Below, piece by piece: positions 8,993 through 17,224 of a stretch of DNA of 20,000 bases. Within the stretch, counting starts at the first letter, position 1. Each line of letters opens with the position of its first letter. The DNA is from an uncultured virus (IMG/VR IMGVR_UViG_3300042544_003275) (Duplodnaviria > Heunggongvirae > Uroviricota > Caudoviricetes): IMG/VR virus record IMGVR_UViG_3300042544_003275. One strand, written 5' to 3'. Both the position numbers and the translations under genes were made by a program. Under the pieces are notes generated by a model that made no database searches, was not told the origin of the DNA, and saw nothing but the letters and a program-made list of their open reading frames with translations.

Positions 8993-9558
8993 TAATTAGT
9001 ATACATCAACCTAATTTTTTTCCATGGTATCCTCTTTTCCAAAAAATTGAAGGAGCTGATAAATTTGTCTTTTTAAATAATGCTCAGTTTCAAAAAAACA
9101 ATCTACAGAATCGATTTAATTTAAATGATAAATGGTACACACTTTCTGTAAATAGTGGACTGGATCCTATAACGACAAAGAAATATCTCAATCCTAAAAA
9201 AGATTGGGATAAAATAAAGAGTAATTTAAAAGATTACTCTAACATATTAGATCGGTTTGATGATTTGATAAAAGATGACTTAGTGGAAACTAATACGAAG
9301 ATTGTTGAAAGAATATGTAACATTTTAGATATAAAAACCGAAATTTTATCTGACTATCCAACAAGTCTAACTTCTACTGATAGAATAGTTGATATCTGTA
9401 TGCACTATAAGGCCGATACATATTTATCTGGAATATCCGGTAAAAATTATTTGGACTTAAATAAGTTTGAAGAGAATGGTATAAAAGTCATATTTCAAGA
9501 TGAAAGTAAAATGACTAAAAAACCTATAATAGAAATATTAAAAATAAAAAATATATAA
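8989..9558 (+). CDS. wbqC: WbqC-family protein (proposed glycyl/acyl transfer to an amino sugar)
   Basis: SIHQPNFFPW..LFQKI..AD.FVFL..AQF....QNR, TDRIVDIC, YLSGISGKNYLD, F...GI.V.F. Confidence 0.88.
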   Translation: MIISIHQPNFFPWYPLFQKIEGADKFVFLNNAQFQKNNLQNRFNLNDKWYTLSVNSGLDPITTKKYLNPKKDWDKIKSNLKDYSNILDRFDDLIKDDLVETNTKIVERICNILDIKTEILSDYPTSLTSTDRIVDICMHYKADTYLSGISGKNYLDLNKFEENGIKVIFQDESKMTKKPIIEILKIKNI

Positions 9559-9560
9559 AT

Positions 9561-10388
9561 ATGTTTGATAGAATAATTGTTAGTAGTGACGATTCGTCAT
9601 TTAAAGAGTTTTGGCCTATTGTTGCCAAATCATGGAATAAATACTTTCCAGATAAAAAAGTTTGCTTAGCATTTGTCACTGATAGAGACGAGAATGATGA
9701 CTTAGTTAAAAAAATGAAACAGTATGGTGAGGTTTATTTATTTCCAGTACAACCTAATATACCTACTCCTAATCAAGCTAAAATGTACAGACATATCTTA
9801 GCTGGTAATTTTGATAAAGATGTTTGTATGATAGAAGATATTGATACAATACCTTTACAAAAAGATTTTGTAAATAATATTTTATCACAAAGAAAAGAAG
9901 ACCATTTACTTAGAGTAGGTGCTGAGATTTATAAAGGATCTCCAGATGAAGGTAAGTTTCCAACTAGTAATATTACAGCAGAGTCTTATATTTTTAAAAA
10001 GTTAGTTAATCCTGATAATTTAGATTATGAAAGTTTATTTAAAACATGGTGTAATATTAGACATTATGATCACAAAGAATCTGTAAATAACACTCCTGAT
10101 CCTAGTGGAGTTTTTGGCGGGTTTTCTGATGAGTCATTAATGAGAGTTTTTGTTAATAAGTTCACTTCAGAAGGTGGTAGAGTTTGTGAAGTAAATAGAG
10201 GAGTTGATATTCAAAAATACTGGATTGATAGATCTTGGTGGAGAATAGACCATAATATGTTAAAGAATGATGAGTATGTTATTTGTAACTTTTTAAGACC
10301 TTTCTCACAACATTATCACTTAATTGAACCAATAGCTAAATACATATTTAATGATGAGAATATAAAAAAGGAAGATGTTATTATATAA
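9561..10388 (+). CDS. Uncharacterised protein, putative GT-A glycosyltransferase
   Basis: FWPIVAKSW, NQAKMYR, IEDIDTIPL (DxD), FSDE, IDRS.W and LRPF. Soluble, and embedded in the glycan cluster. Confidence 0.55.
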   Translation: MFDRIIVSSDDSSFKEFWPIVAKSWNKYFPDKKVCLAFVTDRDENDDLVKKMKQYGEVYLFPVQPNIPTPNQAKMYRHILAGNFDKDVCMIEDIDTIPLQKDFVNNILSQRKEDHLLRVGAEIYKGSPDEGKFPTSNITAESYIFKKLVNPDNLDYESLFKTWCNIRHYDHKESVNNTPDPSGVFGGFSDESLMRVFVNKFTSEGGRVCEVNRGVDIQKYWIDRSWWRIDHNMLKNDEYVICNFLRPFSQHYHLIEPIAKYIFNDENIKKEDVII

Positions 10389-10390
10389 TT

Positions 10391-10942
10391 ATGAATTTAT
10401 CTAAAAAATATAAAGAAAAGTTTGGACATTTAGAAGGTGTTAAATCATTAGGATGGGGTAGTGACTATTCTCAGCAGAAAAGATTTGATATATTACTTGA
10501 TATTGGATTGGATATTAATGATTCTGTATTAGATGTTGGGTGTGGATATGGTGATTTTAGTAAAAATTTTGTAGACTATTTAGGTATAGATTTGAGAGAG
10601 GATGCAATTACAATGTCTAGAAATAAGTATAGTGATGCTAAATTTGAATTAAAATCTATTTATGATATAAATGATACTTATGATTGGGTATTCGCGTCTG
10701 GTATATTTTGCTTTATTAATAATTGGGAAGAAACTGAAAGTATTATTGAAAAAATGTTTAATACTTCTAATAAAGGAACAGCTTTTAATTTTTTATCTGA
10801 TTTAACAACTAAGGAAAGACTGAGTGATATGAAACATACAAAAATTGAAGAAATATTACCTATTATCTATAAACTTACAAATAAATTTACAATAAGACAC
10901 GACTACTTAATAAATGACTTCACAATCTATTTATATAAGTAA
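10391..10942 (+). CDS. Class I SAM-dependent methyltransferase
   Basis: SLGWGS...Q..RF, SVLDVGCGYG, YLGID, YDWVFASGIF, AFNFLS, IRHDY. Confidence 0.88.
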   Translation: MNLSKKYKEKFGHLEGVKSLGWGSDYSQQKRFDILLDIGLDINDSVLDVGCGYGDFSKNFVDYLGIDLREDAITMSRNKYSDAKFELKSIYDINDTYDWVFASGIFCFINNWEETESIIEKMFNTSNKGTAFNFLSDLTTKERLSDMKHTKIEEILPIIYKLTNKFTIRHDYLINDFTIYLYK

Positions 10943-10970
10943 AATTTGAATAAAAAATAAATAATAAAAT

Positions 10971-11612
10971 ATGATTATATGTATATCAGAACACTCAGTA
11001 GAAACAGACATCTTAACACCTGGTGGTTGGGTAATGGATTTTGGGTGTGGAGTAGATTTCACATTTTCAATGAAAATGATTGAAATGGGAATGAAGGTTA
11101 TAAGTGTTGACCCAAATCCAAATATAATAAACACACCACAGTTAGAAAATTTATTCTACGAAAGAAAAGCCTTAGTAACAGATGAATCTATAGAATCTAT
11201 AAGCTTAGATGTTTTTAATGATACAGACGCTGCTTCTATAATAAAGACGGATAATGATATTTCTTTTGTAAGAAAAGAAAATACTATAACAGTTGAGACA
11301 ACTACAATAAAAAAGTTAATGGATAAATACAAAATAGATAGATTAGATGTTTTGAAATTAGATATAGAGGGTACTGAGTATTCGGTTTTAATGTCAATAG
11401 ATTCTGACATAGCTAAACAAATATCTATAGAGTTTCATGACTTTAGAGGAATGAATCCATATTATCCAAATAATGAAATGTACTATGATGAGTTAAGATT
11501 AAAGCTCAATAATTATACATTTGTTAAACATGAAAGAGAACAACACTTAGGTATACCAGGTGAATCGGGTAAAAACTATTGGGATTCTTTATTGATATCT
11601 AAAAATATATAA
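10971..11612 (+). CDS. FkbM-family SAM-dependent methyltransferase
   Basis: VMDFGCG, VISVDP, LDVLKLDIEGTEY, QISIEFH. Confidence 0.85.
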   Translation: MIICISEHSVETDILTPGGWVMDFGCGVDFTFSMKMIEMGMKVISVDPNPNIINTPQLENLFYERKALVTDESIESISLDVFNDTDAASIIKTDNDISFVRKENTITVETTTIKKLMDKYKIDRLDVLKLDIEGTEYSVLMSIDSDIAKQISIEFHDFRGMNPYYPNNEMYYDELRLKLNNYTFVKHEREQHLGIPGESGKNYWDSLLISKNI

Positions 11613-11618
11613 TTTATA

Positions 11619-12290
11619 ATGATTATTGGTAGTGGATTAATAGCTAAATCTTTTAGTAAGAATAAATTATTTGATGATTATCTTATATTCGCATCCGGTG
11701 TTTCAAATTCTAACACTACTGATGAGAATGAATTTAAGAGAGAGGAAAACCTTTTAATAAAAAACCTATCAACAGATAAGCCATTGATTTATTTTAGCAG
11801 TATATTTTCATCAAGTATAGATAATCCATATTTTAATCATAAAAGAGATATGGAAAATTTAGTAAAGAATAGTCATAGTAATTTTTTTATTTTTAGAATG
11901 CCTCAGATTATTGGAAATGGTGGTAATGTTAATAATATTATTAATTTATTTGTTAATAATATTTTGAATAATAAAAGAATAGAAATTTGGAAAGATTCAG
12001 AAAGAAGTATAATTGATATTGATGATGTTGTTGGTATAATATCTTATGTTATTAAAAACAAAACTAATAATAAAATTTATAATGTATCAGGTATTGAATC
12101 TACTCCTGTAATTGAAATAGTTGAAATTTTAGAAGATATATTATCCAAAAAATCAATAATAAGTTTTATAGATAAAAAATCTATCTTACCAATTTCTAAT
12201 TGTGTGGAGATTGAAGATAGTATAAATGACTTATCAATAGATAGAAAAGATTATACAAAAAAAATATTAAAAAAATATGTTAGATATTAA
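11619..12290 (+). CDS. Short NAD-dependent epimerase/dehydratase-like protein
   Basis: MIIGSGLIA (truncated Rossmann loop), FASGVSNS, EFKRE..LL, IYFSS, YFNHK (YxxxK), IFRMPQIIG, RSIIDIDD. Confidence 0.75.
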   Translation: MIIGSGLIAKSFSKNKLFDDYLIFASGVSNSNTTDENEFKREENLLIKNLSTDKPLIYFSSIFSSSIDNPYFNHKRDMENLVKNSHSNFFIFRMPQIIGNGGNVNNIINLFVNNILNNKRIEIWKDSERSIIDIDDVVGIISYVIKNKTNNKIYNVSGIESTPVIEIVEILEDILSKKSIISFIDKKSILPISNCVEIEDSINDLSIDRKDYTKKILKKYVRY

Positions 12291-13203
12291 TGAGGAAAAT
12301 AATCATGATTTATATTATGATGTTGATAAATGTGTTGAATTTTGTAAATCTATTCCAGATAATATAGTCTATAAAGATAAAACAGAGTATCATATCTTTT
12401 GGAATGTTGGTTTGCCTTTTGAAAGAAAACAATTATTACCAATTAAATCTTATTTATGTACACAGAATCTGAGTAATTCAACATTGAATGTTTGGTCTAA
12501 TATAGATTTATCTGATAATGATTATATAAAGCCTTATCTGCCATATATAAATATTAAAATTTGGAATCCTATAGAAGAATCTAAAAATACACCATTAGAG
12601 AATAAGTTTGATTTATTGAAAGCTAATGATAGTAATAACTGGGCAGCTGGTGATTTATTTAGAATATTAGTTTTATATAACTATGGTGGCCTTTATGTTG
12701 ATTTTGATGTTGCTTTTCTAAGAGACTTTTCTCCATTATTGAATCAAGAGTTTATGTATAAATGGTCATTTCAAAAAGAAATGATTAATGGTGCGGTTAT
12801 GAGAATGTTTAAAGGTAGTCAGTTAGGTTTAGACTTATTAACACAAATGTCACTTAATCCACCTAGACCAGGTACAACTGCTTGGTCTACTGATTTATAT
12901 CAAAAGGTTCGCGAGTTTAATAAAAACTGGACAGTATTTCCTTGTGCTTTTTTTAATACAGAGTGGCAAATATACTTATCACCTGAAGAAAAAAAAGATT
13001 ATAAAAATGAGGAACTTATTAAATTCATAACTTATCCTTTTAAGAAAACAGAAATTACTAATAATAATTTATATGATGGTGTTTTTTCTTGGCACTGGCA
13101 TAATGGTTGGAAAGAAGAAATAGAAGTTGGTAGTAAATGGGAGATACTAGAATCAAAATTTGATAAAGAAGTAAAGGAAAAGATAAATAATGGTAAAATA
13201 TGA
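12277..13203 (+). CDS. GT32-family (DXD sugar-binding) glycosyltransferase
   Basis: HIFW, SYLCTQ, DLFRILVLYNYGGLYVDFDVAFLRD, INGAVM, FPCAFF, WHWHNGW. Confidence 0.85.
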   Translation: MLDINEENNHDLYYDVDKCVEFCKSIPDNIVYKDKTEYHIFWNVGLPFERKQLLPIKSYLCTQNLSNSTLNVWSNIDLSDNDYIKPYLPYINIKIWNPIEESKNTPLENKFDLLKANDSNNWAAGDLFRILVLYNYGGLYVDFDVAFLRDFSPLLNQEFMYKWSFQKEMINGAVMRMFKGSQLGLDLLTQMSLNPPRPGTTAWSTDLYQKVREFNKNWTVFPCAFFNTEWQIYLSPEEKKDYKNEELIKFITYPFKKTEITNNNLYDGVFSWHWHNGWKEEIEVGSKWEILESKFDKEVKEKINNGKI

Positions 13204-14296
13204 TTATCTAATAGTTGGTTCCGGTCTTTTTGGATCAGTTTTTGCACACGAAATGACAAAGGCTGGTAAAAAATGCCTTATAATTGAAAGTAAAAATCAC
13301 ATAGGTGGAAATTGTTATACTGAAAATAAAGATGGTATAAACATACACACATATGGACCACATATTTTTCACACAAATGATAAGTCAATTTGGGAATGGA
13401 TAAACCAGTTTACTGAATTTCATAATTACAAACATTCTCCTAAGGTTTCTTATAATGGTAATATGTATTCCTTTCCGATTAATTTAATGACATTAAATCA
13501 AATGTGGGGAGTTAATACACCAAAAGAAGCTGAAGAGAAATTAAAAGAAGTTTCTATTCCAAATGATAGTCCTGAGAATTTAGAAGAGTGGATTTTATCA
13601 CAAGTTGGTGAGGATATTTATAATACATTTATAAAAGGATATACTCAAAAACAATGGAATAAAGATCCTAAAGAACTACCAACTTCTATAATAAAAAGAT
13701 TACCTATCAGAACTAATTTTGATGATAATTACTTTTTTGATAAGTACCAAGGAATTCCAGTTGGTGGATATACTCAGATTTTTGAAAAAATATTACAAGG
13801 TATAGAAGTTAAGACTGGAGTTGATTATTTTGAAAATAAAGAGTATTGGAATTCTTTAGCAGATAAAATAGTTTTTACTGGTAAAATAGATGAGTTTTTT
13901 GATTATCAATTTGGTGAATTGGAGTATAGATCTTTAGAATTTAAGAATGAAAGATTAGAAATGAATGATTATCAAGGATGTTCAATAGTAAACTATACAG
14001 ATATTGAAATACCTTATACAAGAATAACAGAACATAAACATTTTGAAAATTCTAAGTCAGATGTTACTTGGATAACTAAAGAATATCCAAAAGATTATAA
14101 AAGAGGTGAAACTCCTTATTATCCAATCAATGATGATAAAAATAATAAAATATACAATCAGTATAAAGAACTTTCAAAAGAACATAGTAATATAATATTT
14201 GGTGGTCGATTATCTGAGTACAAGTATTATGACATGCATCAGATTATTGGGTCTGCTTTGTCTAAAGTAAAAAAGGAATTATCAAATGAAAAATAA
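13190..14296 (+). CDS. glf: UDP-galactopyranose mutase
   Basis: YDYLIVGSGLFG, HIGGNCY, H.YGPHIFHT, GYT.KQW, IIKRLP.R, YQGIP..GYT, LEYRSL.F, PYTRITEHKHF, PYYP, GGRL.EYKYYDMHQ. Confidence 0.97.
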   Translation: MVKYDYLIVGSGLFGSVFAHEMTKAGKKCLIIESKNHIGGNCYTENKDGINIHTYGPHIFHTNDKSIWEWINQFTEFHNYKHSPKVSYNGNMYSFPINLMTLNQMWGVNTPKEAEEKLKEVSIPNDSPENLEEWILSQVGEDIYNTFIKGYTQKQWNKDPKELPTSIIKRLPIRTNFDDNYFFDKYQGIPVGGYTQIFEKILQGIEVKTGVDYFENKEYWNSLADKIVFTGKIDEFFDYQFGELEYRSLEFKNERLEMNDYQGCSIVNYTDIEIPYTRITEHKHFENSKSDVTWITKEYPKDYKRGETPYYPINDDKNNKIYNQYKELSKEHSNIIFGGRLSEYKYYDMHQIIGSALSKVKKELSNEK

Positions 14297-14513
14297 AAAA
14301 ACAGGAGCCGGTGGTGAGATATACTCAAATCCAGAAGCTGATAAACTAAGTAGTCACTATGGTTTAGATATAGTTAATCAATTAGAATCTATGTTAACTG
14401 ATGAACTAACTAAAAGTATAGATAGAGACATTCTAATGAGTTTAGGATTGGAACCAGATAGAAATAAAAGAAGAAAAAATTCTATTAATAAAATTTTTAA
14501 GTATTCTGTATAA
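14286..14513 (+). CDS. Small protein with a segment resembling the gp23-type major capsid protein spine helix
   Basis: The start overlaps the glf stop (ATGAAAAATAA). HYGLDIVNQLESMLTDELTKSIDRDIL parallels the T4-type gp23 pattern HGxDAxxELxxILxxEIxxEINREV. Basic C-terminal tail RNKRRKNSINKIF. Confidence 0.55.
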   Translation: MKNKKTGAGGEIYSNPEADKLSSHYGLDIVNQLESMLTDELTKSIDRDILMSLGLEPDRNKRRKNSINKIFKYSV

Positions 14514-15096
14514 TTATTGGAACTGTTTCAAGTTCCAACACTTTACTTTTATTTAATAAGAATTCAATATCATAAAAGTTAAAATGAAATCCAATTGTAA
14601 AATCTTTTGGATTAACCTTTTGTTGTGAATAGTTAAAAGTATTATCAGAAAGACTTTTAAGAACTATCTCATAAAATCTAATAACATAAATAGCATCTCT
14701 GTGTATATCAACACAAGTTATAGTAAATGGATTAACCCAAGAATTTTCAGTATCTAAATAATGTTTTGAGATAATATCAAACATTAACCAATAATTTAAG
14801 TCAGAATCAACAGATCTAAATGTTACTGTTAGGTCATGAGTGGTTGTAATATCTTGAACGTTTTTAGCTGGTTTGAATTGTCTTTCTTTACCTCTCATTG
14901 TTATTTGTTTTGGCATATCAAAAGCTATTCCTGGAAAGTTAACAGACTTAATTGTTGAGTTAATATAATCAATTACGTTCTCATATTGTATCCAGTTTTT
15001 TTCTAAAATTGGCATATAAGTTTCCACTATCTCTGTTGGAAGAAAATCACTTGGTAAATTAAATATAAACTGACTACTCTGACTACTTAATCTCAT
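14497..15096 (-). CDS. Putative tail-tube-fold structural protein (T4 gp3 tail completion / gp19-like)
   Basis: 199 aa. IKSVNFPGIAF...LTVTFRSVDSDLNY resembles the gp3-like pattern SVNLPGIS...LTVTFLVDEDLxNY, and the C-terminal FTIGFHF strand is typical of the tube fold. Confidence 0.5.
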   Translation of the reverse strand: MRLSSQSSQFIFNLPSDFLPTEIVETYMPILEKNWIQYENVIDYINSTIKSVNFPGIAFDMPKQITMRGKERQFKPAKNVQDITTTHDLTVTFRSVDSDLNYWLMFDIISKHYLDTENSWVNPFTITCVDIHRDAIYVIRFYEIVLKSLSDNTFNYSQQKVNPKDFTIGFHFNFYDIEFLLNKSKVLELETVPIIIQNT

Positions 15097-15104
15097 TTTT
15101 TAGG

Positions 15105-17192
15105 TTATTGTTTTTTTGGAAACTTAATTTGTTGTAATTTATCAGCAGCATCTTTAAGTCCAGTTGGTTTAAGTTTTGGAGTTTGTTCTTTAGATAAAAC
15201 TTTATTAGCAACCTCTTTAACACTACTATTTATAGATTTATCCAATATAATTTCTTGATCAGTTGTTTTTGTCTGAGCCATTTGTTTATTTAATGTTGTT
15301 GACGTTTTATTTAATTCAGTTACATTATTTTTATTATCATATATTTTGAACAATCCAGTGTAAACAACAGATGTTATTCCTTTACTAGTTCCTATTATAT
15401 AAAAAATATTAACGCCACTATCATGTACTTTCTTAACCTCACTTACTTTAGATTGAGGTACTTTAAATACTAATTGACCAATTTTTAAATCAACTTGTCC
15501 AGTTTCTGTATATAATGTAGAAGAAACTTCACTCTTATCATTTTTAATTACAAACTTAACTTCGTCAAATCCAGTCATATTAAAATACTCAGGACTTGTC
15601 GGAAGTCCTGTTGCGACTGAAAATTTAAATACATTGTCAAATGGATAAAATAAAATTTGCATTTTACCATTTCCAAAGAATGTTTTATTTTCAAATGCAG
15701 AGTTTTCAGATTTACCAATAACATTATATCTATCTATTAACACCGGAAAAGGAACTTGAACAGTTTGTATAACCACATTTGAAGCTCCAGAACCCGCATT
15801 ACCACCAGTTGTTGTCGTGTTAGCAGCTGTTGTAGAAGTTGGTACATTGGATACTAATCCAGTTGTAACTGCTAAAGTATTTGGTGATGTTGGTGATGGC
15901 ACAGAAACATCTGAGTTTTGTGTAATATTTGAACCAACTCCTAATAAAGAAGCTGCTGATGTTGGTGATGTTATTTTTGCAGGAAGTGGAGGTAGCTTCT
16001 TCAATTTCAATGAACCCATTGAATTTGAGACACCAACTAAAGAAGGATCCACCGCATTTTTAATATTGTATATTTTTGGTTTACTAGCATTTTTCAAATT
16101 AATCTTAATAAGATTAAGAGAGTATTTAGCAACCTCATCTTGTAACATACCATAAGAAGCTCTTCTTATGATATAAGAGTCATCCACAGCGTCGATCAAT
16201 CTCATTTCAACATCTATTATAGCAGTCGTTGTAGAGTACTTTATAATAGGTCTATATTCGATTGTTTCATTAAAGTTATCAGTAACTAAAGCAGTTACCG
16301 TTTTACCTCTAACGTTTTGTTCATACATTGTTATATTATATTGAACGTAATATCTATTACCAGCGATAAATGAATCATCTATAAATTGTTTGAATCCAGC
16401 AATTGTATCATTATAAGACCCATATATTTCAAAAAAATCACCATTTACTGAGTGTTTAACCGCTAATCCTAAACTTTCAAATTCAGGAGATTGTGGTATA
16501 CTTGTCTCAACCTTAGGTGCTAATGAATATGATGTGATACCATTTACAGTTTGTGCTCCATTAATAAAATTAAAATCTATGAAGATAGGTGATGTCATAT
16601 TTAGACCACCTCCACTTGTTAGATTTGAATTTATACTATCTTCTTTTGGTAGGTTATTTACTCTTTGAGCTGATATAGCACTAACAGATGGTATTTCAAT
16701 AGTAATGTTTTTACCCCATAATTTCTCTTGAAATAAAAGAGGTGGTGAAGTAAAGTTCATTAGATATTGCTGACTAACATCAGTCATATCAAAATAGAAA
16801 TTACTTATTGAATATTTCTTTTGATTTGTTGTGTCAAAAGCATAAACATTAATATAGAATCCTAAGTACTCACCAAATGTCCAGTTGATAGGTAGATGAA
16901 CTCTTATAGTATCATGTCTTATTGGTGTAGGTGTTGTATAGTTCTTTACTTGTAAAAAAGAGTAATTTGATGTATCTATCTTACCATATTTGTTAGAGAT
17001 AGCATCAAGTCTAAATAATTGATTACCTTGTGTGTTTCCAGTACCTGATGTAATAGTAGCCATATAAGATTGGCTTTTTTCTTTAGAGTTTACAAGAATA
17101 TCATAAGCTTCTGATATATTGTTATTATCATCATAAACATATTCTAAAAGTATGTTTTTATCTAGCTTAATATATTTAGAAATCTTAGCCAT
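15105..17192 (-). CDS. Large hypothetical protein, probable virion structural protein, with an internal Ser/Thr/Pro-rich linker
   Basis: 695-aa ORF with beta-rich composition and no signal peptide or TM segment seen. Lies 8 bp upstream of the gp3-like gene and is preceded by a TATATATA motif. The product is inferred from context only. Confidence 0.5.
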   Translation of the reverse strand: MAKISKYIKLDKNILLEYVYDDNNNISEAYDILVNSKEKSQSYMATITSGTGNTQGNQLFRLDAISNKYGKIDTSNYSFLQVKNYTTPTPIRHDTIRVHLPINWTFGEYLGFYINVYAFDTTNQKKYSISNFYFDMTDVSQQYLMNFTSPPLLFQEKLWGKNITIEIPSVSAISAQRVNNLPKEDSINSNLTSGGGLNMTSPIFIDFNFINGAQTVNGITSYSLAPKVETSIPQSPEFESLGLAVKHSVNGDFFEIYGSYNDTIAGFKQFIDDSFIAGNRYYVQYNITMYEQNVRGKTVTALVTDNFNETIEYRPIIKYSTTTAIIDVEMRLIDAVDDSYIIRRASYGMLQDEVAKYSLNLIKINLKNASKPKIYNIKNAVDPSLVGVSNSMGSLKLKKLPPLPAKITSPTSAASLLGVGSNITQNSDVSVPSPTSPNTLAVTTGLVSNVPTSTTAANTTTTGGNAGSGASNVVIQTVQVPFPVLIDRYNVIGKSENSAFENKTFFGNGKMQILFYPFDNVFKFSVATGLPTSPEYFNMTGFDEVKFVIKNDKSEVSSTLYTETGQVDLKIGQLVFKVPQSKVSEVKKVHDSGVNIFYIIGTSKGITSVVYTGLFKIYDNKNNVTELNKTSTTLNKQMAQTKTTDQEIILDKSINSSVKEVANKVLSKEQTPKLKPTGLKDAADKLQQIKFPKKQ

Positions 17193-17212
17193 TTAATACA
17201 GTAAATTTTAGA

Positions 17213-17224
17213 ATATATATAAAA
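17213..17224 (-). promoter_or_regulatory. Putative phage late-type promoter motif TTTTATATATA
   Basis: The minus strand reads TTTTTTTTATATATATTC, 21 nt upstream of the ATG at 17192. The same motif recurs at 19390-19402 and resembles the T4 late promoter TATAAATA. Confidence 0.5.

Noticed and set aside
702..13259. Short alternative-frame or antisense ORFs (702-914, 2074-2334, 4436-4660, 5228-5506, 5840-6064, 7488-7700, 8268-8552, 8552-8782, 10931-11134, 11156-11410, 13032-13259)
   Set aside because: All lie over well-supported genes and show no recognisable motifs, so they are treated as shadow ORFs.
1..14296. Interpretation as an ordinary bacterial O-antigen/capsule locus or as a giant eukaryotic virus region
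   Set aside because: No flippase, polymerase or membrane genes are visible, and the cluster interlocks with T4-like gp3/gp32-type genes. Operon-style overlaps and intrinsic terminators favour a bacteriophage. Not fully excluded without the flanks.
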